Translations under genes and position numbers: made by a program | Notes under the pieces: generated by a model | Seen by the model: the letters and a program-made list of their open reading frames with translations, nothing else | Database searches by the model: none | Told to the model about the DNA's origin: nothing | Shown: in pieces, positions 31,955-42,247 of the stretch | Layout: each line of letters opens with the position of its first letter | Position numbering within the stretch: position 1 is the first letter of the stretch | Assembly: GCF_943372375.1 (NCBI RefSeq) | Contig: NZ_CALRYJ010000007.1 | Span: 85,128-149,127 of the forward strand | DNA from: Fluviicola taffensis DSM 16823 | Lineage (GTDB): Bacteria; Bacteroidota; Bacteroidia; Flavobacteriales_D; Crocinitomicaceae | Direction of reading: 5' to 3' | Length of the DNA stretch: 64,000 nt

Positions 31955-34900
31955 ATGAAGAATTTTCTTTTTGTGCTACTAGCATTAGTAGCTAATAACG
32001 CATTCTCCCAGCAGACAACCATTCCGATTTCGGCGGCAAGCAATAACCAGACGTTTAATACGTGTAATGGATTTGTTATCGATTCAGGAGGACAAGGTGG
32101 TCCTGGATATGGAAATAATGAAACAGTTGTTGTAACGATTTGCCCGGATACTCCCGGAGATATTATTTCCATCGTGTTTAATTTGTTCCAGTTGAGTAAT
32201 ACGGATGACAATCCTGCACCCAACATCACCAATGTAGATTACATGGATGTATATGATGGAAACTCTACTGCGGCACCAACTTTGGGAACTTATTCAGGTA
32301 CTCAATTGCAAGGTGTCATCATAATGGCAACAGCATTGAATCCGACAGGTTGTATCACTCTAAGATTCAGATCAAATACCGTGGGGACAGGAATGTTCAC
32401 AGCAAGTGCTACTTGTACGACACCTTGTGCGACACCAACTGCTGCAGGTATAATTGTCGGTGGTGAAACAGTGGATAGTACCCGTGTTTGCGTTGGAGAT
32501 TTGGTTGATTTTTCAGGGATTGCTTCATTTGCAGCACCTGGATTTACGATAACAAATTACGAATGGGATTTTATGGACGGAGGTACGGCAACCGGAGCAA
32601 CGGTTTCTCATGCCTTTGATACTCCCGGACAATATCTGGTGCAGTTATTCCTTACAGATAATAATGGCTGTGGAAACACCAATTTGATTGACCTTCAGGT
32701 TTTCGTGGCTACAATTCCAACATTTATTGGATTCCCCGGAGATACTACCCTTTGTTTAGGTGAAAATGCAACATTGACAGCAGATCCTGATTTTTATGAA
32801 GTACTGTGGAATGGATTCCCGGGTTCTCAAACCATTGATGACGGGTGTTTACCTGATACCTTACTTGGAGTATCACAAGATATCGAAATCATGCAAACAG
32901 GATTTGCAGCCGGGTCGACAATTACTCAGTTGAGCGATATTCAAAGTTTGTGTCTGGACTTAGAGCATTCATTCATGGGAGATTTAGTACTCATTGTCGA
33001 ATGTCCGAATGGTCAAAATCAGATTTTACACCAACAAGGTGGAGGTGGTACCCAAATCGGAGAACCGAATCCTGCAGATGATGTGGATTGCAGTGACCCA
33101 GCAACTCAAGGTATTCCATATACTTATTGTTTCACGCCAACAGCAACAGAAACCTGGGTAGAATGGGCCAATAATAATGGTTTTGGAGGAACAATTCCAG
33201 CGGGAAATTATGAACCAATTCAACCATTTACGAATTTGATAGGTTGTCCTTTGAATGGAATCTGGACACTTACAGTTATTGATAACTGGGCTGCTGATGA
33301 CGGTACTTTATTTTCTTTTGATATCAATTTAGATCCTTCATTATACCCGCCTGTAACGGTTTTCGAGCCACAAATTGGATTGGGAAGTGATTCATCTTAT
33401 TGGGTGATGCCCGCAACCTTTGCAACGGTTTCTGCTGACGGTGATGTGTTGTCAGTTAATCCGACAGCTGCAGGAACGTTTACTTATACGTATGTGGTTA
33501 TGGACAACTACGGTTGTCAGAATGATTCCAGTGTAACGGTTACGGTAAATGCAAATCCGCAAGCAGATGCAGGACCGGATGCCACCATTTGTAACGGAAC
33601 ACCGATTCAATTGGACGGAAATATCATCGGAGGAAATAATAGTTGTGATTACACCTTCAATTTGGAGGATTCCTGGGGTGATGGATGGAATGGGAATAGT
33701 TTGATTGTGGTTGTCAATGGCGTAACTTCAACATTCACAATTCCGGGAGGTCTGACTTCAACATTCACCTTATCTATTCCAAATGGCGCTGCGTTTACTG
33801 TTCAGTTTGATGGTGCAGGATCATTTATCAATGAGTGTTCATATGAAGTGTTGGATGCTGCAGGGGCAGTGGTATTGTCTGATGGAACCAATGGAAATGC
33901 TTCAACAACAGTGCACAATTTGACCGGAAATTGCCTGGGTAACTTGACTTATGCATGGACTCCTGCCGGGTCGGTTTCAAATCCGGCTATTTTAGATCCG
34001 ATAGCTACTGTAAACGGAAACACCACATTGACTTTGTCCGTTTATCCGACTGGACATCCTTTGTGTGTAACTACAGACCAGGTGAACGTAAATATTTCAG
34101 CTTCTGCAAATCCGGGAACAAATAATACCTTGACAACTTGTGCGCAAGGAACACCGACGGATTTATTCCCGCTTTTGGGACCAGGAGCTTCTCCAAACGG
34201 AACTTGGCAAAATCCTGCCGGAGCTGCAGTTACCATGCCTTATGATCCGATTACAATGAACCCGGGGATTTATACCTATACTGTGGATTCGAATGGATGT
34301 GTTTCTTCTGCAACGATTACAGTTACTGAAATCAATCCTACGGTTACAGCGGTTCCAACTGCTTCCAACTGTCATGGAATGCCAAATGGATCAGCAGTTT
34401 TAACAAGTACCAATGCTTCCGAATACTCTTTGAACGGAGGACCGAATACACCAATTCTGTCACCAGATGTAGTGAACGGACTTGCGGCCGGAAATTACCA
34501 AGCTATTGTTTACAATGTTGGAGGATGTACGGATACGGTAGATTTCGTAATCAATGAACCACCCGCTTTATCCATTGCATCGATTACTCCGGATTTGGTA
34601 ACTTGTTCAGGTGATGCTGCAACATTGACCACTGCGGGAACAGGAGGTTCAACAGCTTATACTTTTACATGGATCACCAATACCGGAATTCAAGGTGTCG
34701 GTTCCACGATAACAGTTAATACCGTTTCAACAACGCAATATTGTGTGGTATTGACAGAAGCGTGCGGGTCAATGCCTGATAGTGCTTGTATGATTGTAAC
34801 AGTTCCTCAACCACTCGATTTGGTGCTTACACCGGATGATGCGGATGGCTGTTATCCTCATCATGTGATTTTTTCCAATAATACTCCAGGTCCCGGAGCA

Positions 34901-35620
34901 CCTTTGCTTAGTACCATTGATTTTGGTGATGGAACACCAACTATCACAACAAATGCATTGGATACGTGTTCACATACCTACGAGCATCCGGGAGTTTATA
35001 CCGTAAGCATGGTGTCTGTTTCGGATACAGGATGTACCTATTCGAACACATTTACAAATATGATTACGGTATTTGACAAACCGCTTGCTGATTTCAATAT
35101 TTCCCCTAATCCGACAACGATTTTTGAAACCCAGGTTATGCTGAACAATAATAGTTCGACAGATGTGGTGGGGTATAGTTGGTCAATACCCGGTGCTACT
35201 CCAAATCAATCGTTCTTTGAGGATGTAAGTGTTGATTTTCCGGAAGGAGTTGTTGGAAATTACAATGTCACCTTGATCGTTACCAATGCGAACGGATGTA
35301 TTGATTCCGTGACTAAGATTGCACAGGTAGTGAGTGATGTGATTTTATATGCACCGAACACATTTACTCCGGATGGGGATGAGTTTAACCAAACCTGGTT
35401 CTTACACATTGATGGAATTGATATTTTCCAATTTAACCTGAAAGTATTTAACCGTTGGGGAGAAGTGGTTTGGGAAAGTAACGATCCGAAAGGTTCATGG
35501 GACGGAACTTACCAAGGGAAAATCGTTCCTTATGGTGGATATACCTGGACTTTGGAAACAAGAGAGCTTACAAGCGATAAAAAGTATACCTTTAATGGAC
35601 ATATCAATGTAATTCGCTAA
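31955..35620 (+). CDS. PKD-domain protein with gliding-motility (T9SS type B) C-terminal domain
   Basis: PKD motifs WDFMDG/IDFGDG, P-domain-like LDLEHSFMGDL..NGIWTLTVID, SprB-like repeats, CTD YAPNTFTPDGDEFN..FNRWGE. Confidence 0.88.
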   Translation: MKNFLFVLLALVANNAFSQQTTIPISAASNNQTFNTCNGFVIDSGGQGGPGYGNNETVVVTICPDTPGDIISIVFNLFQLSNTDDNPAPNITNVDYMDVYDGNSTAAPTLGTYSGTQLQGVIIMATALNPTGCITLRFRSNTVGTGMFTASATCTTPCATPTAAGIIVGGETVDSTRVCVGDLVDFSGIASFAAPGFTITNYEWDFMDGGTATGATVSHAFDTPGQYLVQLFLTDNNGCGNTNLIDLQVFVATIPTFIGFPGDTTLCLGENATLTADPDFYEVLWNGFPGSQTIDDGCLPDTLLGVSQDIEIMQTGFAAGSTITQLSDIQSLCLDLEHSFMGDLVLIVECPNGQNQILHQQGGGGTQIGEPNPADDVDCSDPATQGIPYTYCFTPTATETWVEWANNNGFGGTIPAGNYEPIQPFTNLIGCPLNGIWTLTVIDNWAADDGTLFSFDINLDPSLYPPVTVFEPQIGLGSDSSYWVMPATFATVSADGDVLSVNPTAAGTFTYTYVVMDNYGCQNDSSVTVTVNANPQADAGPDATICNGTPIQLDGNIIGGNNSCDYTFNLEDSWGDGWNGNSLIVVVNGVTSTFTIPGGLTSTFTLSIPNGAAFTVQFDGAGSFINECSYEVLDAAGAVVLSDGTNGNASTTVHNLTGNCLGNLTYAWTPAGSVSNPAILDPIATVNGNTTLTLSVYPTGHPLCVTTDQVNVNISASANPGTNNTLTTCAQGTPTDLFPLLGPGASPNGTWQNPAGAAVTMPYDPITMNPGIYTYTVDSNGCVSSATITVTEINPTVTAVPTASNCHGMPNGSAVLTSTNASEYSLNGGPNTPILSPDVVNGLAAGNYQAIVYNVGGCTDTVDFVINEPPALSIASITPDLVTCSGDAATLTTAGTGGSTAYTFTWITNTGIQGVGSTITVNTVSTTQYCVVLTEACGSMPDSACMIVTVPQPLDLVLTPDDADGCYPHHVIFSNNTPGPGAPLLSTIDFGDGTPTITTNALDTCSHTYEHPGVYTVSMVSVSDTGCTYSNTFTNMITVFDKPLADFNISPNPTTIFETQVMLNNNSSTDVVGYSWSIPGATPNQSFFEDVSVDFPEGVVGNYNVTLIVTNANGCIDSVTKIAQVVSDVILYAPNTFTPDGDEFNQTWFLHIDGIDIFQFNLKVFNRWGEVVWESNDPKGSWDGTYQGKIVPYGGYTWTLETRELTSDKKYTFNGHINVIR

Positions 35621-36262
35621 ATGAAAGTTGAGATTTTTACAGGTAATCCCATTCAGCAAAACGGTTCGATTGTTTATAACGGACAAGGTGACGCGGTAAT
35701 CATCGATCCGAGTTGTTATGAGCGATATGAGCAGCAGGAATGGATTGATTTCATTCAGGAAAACAACCTGAAGGTTCACGCCGTGTTGAATACGCATTGT
35801 CACATTGATCACATTACCGGGAATGCCTTTTTTGTAAATCATTTTGGGATTCCTTTGATGGCGCACAAAGAAGAGTTGTTTACATTGAGTTTTGCGGATC
35901 GTTCGGCACAGATGTACGGATTATCTGCTTATGTTCCATCTCCTGAACCAACAGATTATTTAACGGATAATCAGGTTTTGAAGTTCGGTGATCTGGAATT
36001 GAAAGTAATTTTCGGACCCGGACATGCAGTTGGACATGTCGCTTTTTACAGTGAAGCGGATCAGTTGCTTATCGGTGGCGATATCCTGTTCAAAGGAAGT
36101 TTTGGCAGGGTTGATTTACCGGGAGGATCGATGGAAGTATTGAAGAAGACGATTCTGGAGCGCATATTCACTTTGCCGGACAATACGGTTGTTTATCCGG
36201 GACATGGACCAACGACTACTGTTGGAGAGGAAAAGCGAACGAATTATATATTGCAGTTTTAG
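35621..36262 (+). CDS. Metallo-beta-lactamase-fold hydrolase (glyoxalase II-like)
   Basis: THCHIDH, PGHAVGH, GDILF, YPGHG. Confidence 0.92.
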   Translation: MKVEIFTGNPIQQNGSIVYNGQGDAVIIDPSCYERYEQQEWIDFIQENNLKVHAVLNTHCHIDHITGNAFFVNHFGIPLMAHKEELFTLSFADRSAQMYGLSAYVPSPEPTDYLTDNQVLKFGDLELKVIFGPGHAVGHVAFYSEADQLLIGGDILFKGSFGRVDLPGGSMEVLKKTILERIFTLPDNTVVYPGHGPTTTVGEEKRTNYILQF

Positions 36263-36279
36263 AAAATATATAATTAATT

Positions 36280-36316
36280 GAAACAAGTCGGGGCGAAAAA
36301 TTTTTCGCCCCGACTT
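36280..36316. repeat. GTCGGGGCG REP-like hairpin/terminator, copy 1
   Basis: GAAACAAGTCGGGGCGAAAAATTTTTCGCCCCGACTT; 36/37 identical to 42191-42227. Confidence 0.8.
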
Positions 36317-36519
36317 TTGTTTTTAACCCCTTTTACAATCACACCTGTAAAAACACCCAAACCATGTTTTATAGTTTAACTTAGAATCTAGTTATTTGAT
36401 ATATTTCGCTTCAATATTGTGAGAAATTCATAATCTTGCTTACATTTAGTAGTGAATAACAAATAAAAATGTTGAATTTTCAGCTTGTTGAATTTCGCTT
36501 AATTTAATCCAATGAATAC

Positions 36520-38376
36520 ATGAAAATTCAGGCACTATTCGCGGTATTAATTGTGCTAACTTCTTGTACGACAAATCACGTGAATGAAAAACCAATTTCA
36601 TCACGAAATAGTATCGATTCTGCTCAAATAGTCGAATATTATACTCGTGCCACGTTATTTGCAGATTCCAATCAATATTACAGAGAGAAGGCATTGGAGC
36701 TTGCAATTAAAAATGGATCTACCAATTGCAAAGCAACCAGGTTGTTTTTGGAGGGAAAAGCCTATTTGTACGTAGGAAAATTGGATTCTGTTGATTCCAT
36801 TGCAAATGAGGGTTTAAATCTTCATTATCAGGCAAATGAAAAAGGATTTCGGGGTAAATTTTACAATCTGAAAGGAAATACAAATGGTTATAGACGGAAT
36901 CTTTATGCTTCATTAGAATATTATGTGAAAGCTGAACGGATTTTTAGATCGGTGAATGATTTGAGTTCTCTTGCGGGGATTTATAACAACATTGCAAATA
37001 ACTATTTCAGTCTGAAGGATTATAATACAGCATTAGAATATGCGTCCAAAGCATACCAATTGCTCGGTAATGTTCAGGAAGATCGAATAAAAGCTAATAT
37101 TTTGTCAACCTACGCCATCACGCTTAATAAGACCAAACAACCAAAAAAAGCATTGGTCATTGAAGCCAAGGCAGATAGCATTGCAAATTCAACAGATGAC
37201 GTATTGGCCAAATTAGCGGCAACAATCGGATATGCGGAGATTTATAAAACAGACAAACAATTTGACAGTGCCAAGTTGTACTACAATCAATGCATTCGAT
37301 TAAGCAGGAAGTCCGGAGTGAAGCATTTTGAGCTGATGGGACAAATGGGCTTATTGAGTATTTATGATGAGCAAAATGACTTTCAGAAAATTATTGCAAA
37401 TAGTGATACCATTCTCCTACTTGCAAAGGAATTAAACAATCTGGATGTAGCACATACTTCCAAGCGAATTATTGGGCGGGCATATGCAGAAAAAGGGGAT
37501 TATAAAAAGGGGTTCATATTCTTGAATGAATCATATAATTTGTACAGCGAAACCGCTGGGGTTGAAAACCAAAAAAACATCAATGAGCTGCGTTTAAAAT
37601 ATGAGTCAGAAAAAAAGGCGAAAAAGATCTTGAAACAACGTTACCAATTAGCGAAACAACAAAAGGAAATTGGTGAAAAACAAACATTCATTGGAATGTT
37701 ACTACTGCTTTTGCTGATTGCTTTATTGGTACTGTTTTTTGTACGCAAATTAGCACGAAATAAACAAGCTATTTTAGTATTGCAAGCGAATCAAAAGATA
37801 GCAGAATCCATGATTCAAGGTGAAGAGAAGGAACGTACCCGAATTGCTTTTGAAATTCATGATGGAATTGCGGCAACAGTTGCTGGAATCAGTTATAAAC
37901 TAGGTGCTGATGGGGATAAAAAAGAGGTCATTGAATTGTTGAAGGGATTACAAGAAGATAGTCGCAAAATCGCCCATAATTTGATGCCAATTGATTTTGA
38001 TAAGGTTGGTTTAATAGAAGCCGTTGAGCTCTTTTCAAAAAAAATGTCTACGCCACTTACTGAAATCATCATTCTAAGTCATCCAATGAATTTGAAATTT
38101 AGCACTACCAAAAGTCATTTGATTTATAGGGTATTGCAAGAACTAATAGGAAATGCGCTTAAGCATGCTCGCTGTAATTCTATTTTTGTGAAATTTGAAT
38201 TGCTAAATAATGAGTTGATCATTCAAGTTGAAGACGACGGTTTAGGAATGACCAAATCTCAAATTGAATCAGGCTTGAAGAGCGTGAAGGAACGTATCTC
38301 AGACTTACGAGGTAAAGTCACCGTTCAATCTTCAGAAAACAGGGGTACAACGGTTAAAATTCAACTAGAAGCATGA
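36520..38376 (+). CDS. TPR-repeat sensor histidine kinase (HisKA_3)
   Basis: Lipoprotein-like signal, TPR helices, TM, ERTRIAFEIHDG, ELIGNALKHA, EDDGLG. Confidence 0.9.
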   Translation: MKIQALFAVLIVLTSCTTNHVNEKPISSRNSIDSAQIVEYYTRATLFADSNQYYREKALELAIKNGSTNCKATRLFLEGKAYLYVGKLDSVDSIANEGLNLHYQANEKGFRGKFYNLKGNTNGYRRNLYASLEYYVKAERIFRSVNDLSSLAGIYNNIANNYFSLKDYNTALEYASKAYQLLGNVQEDRIKANILSTYAITLNKTKQPKKALVIEAKADSIANSTDDVLAKLAATIGYAEIYKTDKQFDSAKLYYNQCIRLSRKSGVKHFELMGQMGLLSIYDEQNDFQKIIANSDTILLLAKELNNLDVAHTSKRIIGRAYAEKGDYKKGFIFLNESYNLYSETAGVENQKNINELRLKYESEKKAKKILKQRYQLAKQQKEIGEKQTFIGMLLLLLLIALLVLFFVRKLARNKQAILVLQANQKIAESMIQGEEKERTRIAFEIHDGIAATVAGISYKLGADGDKKEVIELLKGLQEDSRKIAHNLMPIDFDKVGLIEAVELFSKKMSTPLTEIIILSHPMNLKFSTTKSHLIYRVLQELIGNALKHARCNSIFVKFELLNNELIIQVEDDGLGMTKSQIESGLKSVKERISDLRGKVTVQSSENRGTTVKIQLEA

Positions 38377-39017
38377 AGCAATTGAACATTTTATTGGGAG
38401 ACGATCATCAGTTGATTCTTAATGGGTTGAAAGAAGCACTGCTTAAAGTTCCAGCTGTTTCAAATGTGGATTGCGCTAATAACGGAGCAGACTTGTTAGA
38501 AGCCGCAAAACAAAGCAACTATGACATCGTTTTTTTGGACATTCATTTTGGCAATGCCGATGGAAGGGAAATTGCGTCCCAATTGTTGAAGACACAAGCT
38601 CATCTGATACTTGCTGCACTGACTAGTTTTGATGATCCAGAAACCATTCAAACTACTGTTAACGCAGGATTTAAAGCATTTTTCTTAAAATCGGATGACA
38701 TCACTGAATTGGTGGATTGGATCGAAAAAATGTCGTTTGATACCTTTTATTTGAGTCAACAAACGAAAGCATCGTATACTAATCAAGCTCTTTTTAATGA
38801 TGCAAAAAGGAAGGCTCATATTCAGCTTACTTCGCGCGAAAAACAGGTGTTGACGTTAATAATGGCGGAATACACTACCAAAAAAATTGCAGAAGAATTA
38901 TTTCTTTCAGAAAAAACAATTGAAAATTACCGGTCAAGTTTGATGTTAAAATTAGAGGTAACTAATTTAACTGGCTTGGTGAAAAAGACTCTTTTATTGG
39001 GCTTGTTACACGAGTAA
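38373..39017 (+). CDS. NarL/LuxR-family response regulator
   Basis: REC (DDHQLI, FLDIH) plus LTSREKQVL..SEKTIENYRSSLMLKL. Confidence 0.92.
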   Translation: MKQLNILLGDDHQLILNGLKEALLKVPAVSNVDCANNGADLLEAAKQSNYDIVFLDIHFGNADGREIASQLLKTQAHLILAALTSFDDPETIQTTVNAGFKAFFLKSDDITELVDWIEKMSFDTFYLSQQTKASYTNQALFNDAKRKAHIQLTSREKQVLTLIMAEYTTKKIAEELFLSEKTIENYRSSLMLKLEVTNLTGLVKKTLLLGLLHE

Positions 39018-39020
39018 ACA

Positions 39021-39088
39021 AGGGTATTCCCTAGTTTGAAAAAGGAGAATTCCCCCCTGAATCATTTTCTTAAGTAGGTGTAGCTTTG
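39021..39088 (+). promoter_or_regulatory. Possible regulator boxes plus -7 promoter element
   Basis: AGGGTATTCCCT (39021-39032), AGGAGAATTCCCCCCT (39043-39058), TAGCTTTG (39081-39088). Confidence 0.4.
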
Positions 39089-39223
39089 CATGATACTTCA
39101 ATCTTTAGAATCGAGTAGTAGGTTCTGATTTTTTGGTCGGAAAATGAATAATAGCTCATTATTCAACGATCATTAAAATGCACGATTGAGTTAGCATAGT
39201 TGTCAACGAATAAACTTTAAAAA

Positions 39224-40930
39224 ATGAAGAAAATAATCTCATCACTAGCACTGATTTGTGCATCACAGTCACTTATCGCACAAATGCAAAACCATCATTG
39301 GACCAGGACTGTAGACGGAGGCGCTTCGGCAATGGGAAAATGCATGGCAGTTGATGCTGCCGGAAATGTTTACACGGCAGGTGTATTCGGATCTACGTCA
39401 GATTTTGACAATTCTCCAGCAGTTAGCAACCTCACATCGAATGGCGGGAATGATGTTTTTTTGGTAAAAATGAGTCCGGAAGGAAACTTTTTGTGGGCGA
39501 AAAATTTTGGCGGTTCTGATGCTGATATTCCCTCAGAAATGGTGTTGGACCAGGCAGGAAATGTATACATCACAGGAATTTTTGCTGGAACTGCTGATTT
39601 TAATCCGGATGCTGGCGTAACCAACTTGACATCGGCAGGTATGGAGGATGTTTTTGTGATAAAGGTAAATTCATCTGGTCAATTGGATTGGGCGAAAAGT
39701 GTTGGAGGAACAGATAGCGACGAAGGTAATGCGATTGACATTGATGATTTTGACGGATCTGTTTTTGTTTTTGGGACTTTTAGAGCGACCGTAGATTTTG
39801 ATCCGGGAGCAGGTATTCAAAATGGAACAAGTAACGGAAGTTCAGATATTTTCATGTTAAAACTATCTGCAGCGGGCAATTATGTTACTTCCAAAACGGT
39901 TGGAAGTATTAGTGCAGACCGGGGTAGAGATATTGTAGTTGATGCTTCATCCGGAGATCAATTTATGACAGGAATGTTTGGCGGAGATACTGATTTTAAT
40001 CCGGGCATTCCGGTTGTTGAGTTAACCGGTGCCAATGATATTTTTGTCTTAAAATTGGATTCGTCTAATGACTTTGTATTTGCCAAAAAAATGGGTGGCA
40101 TTGCCGTGGATGAGGGCAGAAGTATTGATATCGATAACAATGGGTTTATTTATATACACGGCTCATTTATCTCAACCTGTAATTTTGACCCGAATGGTGG
40201 AACGACCAATGTAACATCCAATGGAAGTGATGATGTTTTTGTGGTGCAGTTAGCACCAAATGGATCTTTGAATTGGGTAAAAACGGTTGGAAGTATAGGA
40301 ACAGAAGATTTTATGGACATGGATGTCACCAATTCGGGGGATATTTACATCACCGGCGAAATGGCCAATAATATGGATGCAAATCCGGATTTAGCGACTA
40401 CTACTACATTAACAAAACTTGGTGCTGAGGACGCTTATATCATTGCGTTAAATTCAGATGGAACGTTTGATTGGGCAACAAGTTATGGAACTGCAGACGT
40501 TGCTGCATATACAAGAGGATATGGAATTTATGCAGACGAGTCAAGCAATGTTTACATCACCGGATCCTTTACAGGCACTGTTGATTTTAACGCTTCTCCA
40601 AGTACTAACAGCATTACAGCAGTTGCTGGTTCAGATAGTTGGTGTCAAAAATTGGGATTGGGAACAACTAGTTTGAATGATTATCAATCGCTTTCTCACT
40701 TATCGGTAAGTCCAAATCCAAGTACAGGACTTTTTAGCCTTAATTCAGATGTTCAGCTAGAAAATGCCCAAATGACTATTACAAATTTGAGAGGTGAAGT
40801 GATTCAAACAACAACCGGTTTAGACAATCCAAATTTTAAAATTGATTTGGAAAACACAGCGAGTGGGGTTTATTTGATAACGATTGTTTCGGATACGTTC
40901 CAGGAGGTAATCAAGGTTGTGAAAGAATAG
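39224..40930 (+). CDS. T9SS type A substrate, seven SBBP-like beta-propeller repeats
   Basis: Seven xDxxGNVYITGxF-type repeats; CTD VSPNPSTGLF..SGVYLITI. Confidence 0.88.
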   Translation: MKKIISSLALICASQSLIAQMQNHHWTRTVDGGASAMGKCMAVDAAGNVYTAGVFGSTSDFDNSPAVSNLTSNGGNDVFLVKMSPEGNFLWAKNFGGSDADIPSEMVLDQAGNVYITGIFAGTADFNPDAGVTNLTSAGMEDVFVIKVNSSGQLDWAKSVGGTDSDEGNAIDIDDFDGSVFVFGTFRATVDFDPGAGIQNGTSNGSSDIFMLKLSAAGNYVTSKTVGSISADRGRDIVVDASSGDQFMTGMFGGDTDFNPGIPVVELTGANDIFVLKLDSSNDFVFAKKMGGIAVDEGRSIDIDNNGFIYIHGSFISTCNFDPNGGTTNVTSNGSDDVFVVQLAPNGSLNWVKTVGSIGTEDFMDMDVTNSGDIYITGEMANNMDANPDLATTTTLTKLGAEDAYIIALNSDGTFDWATSYGTADVAAYTRGYGIYADESSNVYITGSFTGTVDFNASPSTNSITAVAGSDSWCQKLGLGTTSLNDYQSLSHLSVSPNPSTGLFSLNSDVQLENAQMTITNLRGEVIQTTTGLDNPNFKIDLENTASGVYLITIVSDTFQEVIKVVKE

Positions 40931-40981
40931 AAGCGACAGCTTGAAAAGTAAGTCTTTTAAATTTTATTAAATGATACCGTT

Positions 40982-42184
40982 ATGAAAGTTACGATGAAAA
41001 ACACACTGACGCTCACTTGTTTTTTAGTGATAAGCATTCTTGCTGGAGCGCAAAGTCTTCCTCCGAGAGTACCGAGTGCTTTTAATGTAAAACAGCTGCA
41101 TTGTGGTCATAGTTTAACCTCTCCGCTGTTTGGACCCTGGCCCGGTCAGTATACCGAGTTAGTTGCTGATGAAAATGGATTGGCAGGTTGGCAGATTTTG
41201 GGGTCGATGGTTGGAAAGGCAGATTTGCCAGGTGCTTGGTTAACGATGCATTGGAATTATACCACCTCACCCTGTTGGCCAAATTGTTACGAACCGAATA
41301 GTAATCCCGCAGCGGAAATTTCCAATTGGGAGTTATTGGTGGTCACAGAGAATTTTGAAGGTCCAGCGAATAACAGTTTGAACCTTTCAAGAGAGAACTT
41401 ACTGAACTTTGTAAATAATTCTTGGCAGAATGGAGCTAGTGGAGCAGGAGCACCAACGATGCTTTGGACCAATTGGCCAGGAATAGATGGTTCTGCTTAC
41501 TTTTTTGACGGTTATGGAATACCTGAATCAACAGATGGAAGTGCTGCCGGATGGAGACAAATGCTCGATTTTCTAGAAGTTGGTGGCATGGGAGGAACAA
41601 ACGGTTGGCAAGCAATGCAGGACTATGCGAATGATAATAGAACGAGTGGTTGCCCGCCTGTTTATATTATTCCGGGTAATCGAATGATGGCGCGTTTTTA
41701 TGATGATGTACAGGCAAATTTGGTACCTACCATTACCCATGTGAATCAAATTTTCACGGATGGTGTTCATACAAATGATATTGGAGCTTACATGATTTCA
41801 ATGATACATTATGCCTGTATTTTTGGACAATCACCCGTTGGGATTTCAAATAATCTTCACGCTAGTGTGACGATCGATCCGAATTTGGCAACTTACATCC
41901 AAAATATGGTTTGGGATGTTGTAACCAATTATCCAAGAAGTGGAATTGTTGGAACATTGAACGTGCAAGAAGTTGCTCAATCGCAAATTAAGGTGTTTCC
42001 AAATCCAGTTTCAGATGTTTTGAATGTGGAGGTAGCCGATGCTTCGCACAGCAAAGAAATTTTTGATCTATTGGGAAATAGGTTAATGATAACAGATGCT
42101 AACACGATTGATTTGAGCAATTTGGCTAAAGGATCTTATCTATTAGTCATTGGTGATGAGCAGCAGCTGATTGTTAAACAGTGA
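40982..42184 (+). CDS. T9SS type A substrate, SGNH-hydrolase-like
   Basis: GHSLT (putative Ser block I), DGVHTNDIGAY (block V DxxH); CTD VFPNPVSDVL..LAKGSYLL. Confidence 0.7.
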   Translation: MKVTMKNTLTLTCFLVISILAGAQSLPPRVPSAFNVKQLHCGHSLTSPLFGPWPGQYTELVADENGLAGWQILGSMVGKADLPGAWLTMHWNYTTSPCWPNCYEPNSNPAAEISNWELLVVTENFEGPANNSLNLSRENLLNFVNNSWQNGASGAGAPTMLWTNWPGIDGSAYFFDGYGIPESTDGSAAGWRQMLDFLEVGGMGGTNGWQAMQDYANDNRTSGCPPVYIIPGNRMMARFYDDVQANLVPTITHVNQIFTDGVHTNDIGAYMISMIHYACIFGQSPVGISNNLHASVTIDPNLATYIQNMVWDVVTNYPRSGIVGTLNVQEVAQSQIKVFPNPVSDVLNVEVADASHSKEIFDLLGNRLMITDANTIDLSNLAKGSYLLVIGDEQQLIVKQ

Positions 42185-42190
42185 GAGTAG

Positions 42191-42227
42191 GAAACAAGTC
42201 GGGGCGAAAATTTTTTCGCCCCGACTT
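42191..42227. repeat. GTCGGGGCG REP-like hairpin/bidirectional terminator, copy 2
   Basis: GAAACAAGTCGGGGCGAAAATTTTTTCGCCCCGACTT. Confidence 0.8.
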
Positions 42228-42247
42228 GTTGTTTATTGGTATCGTAA

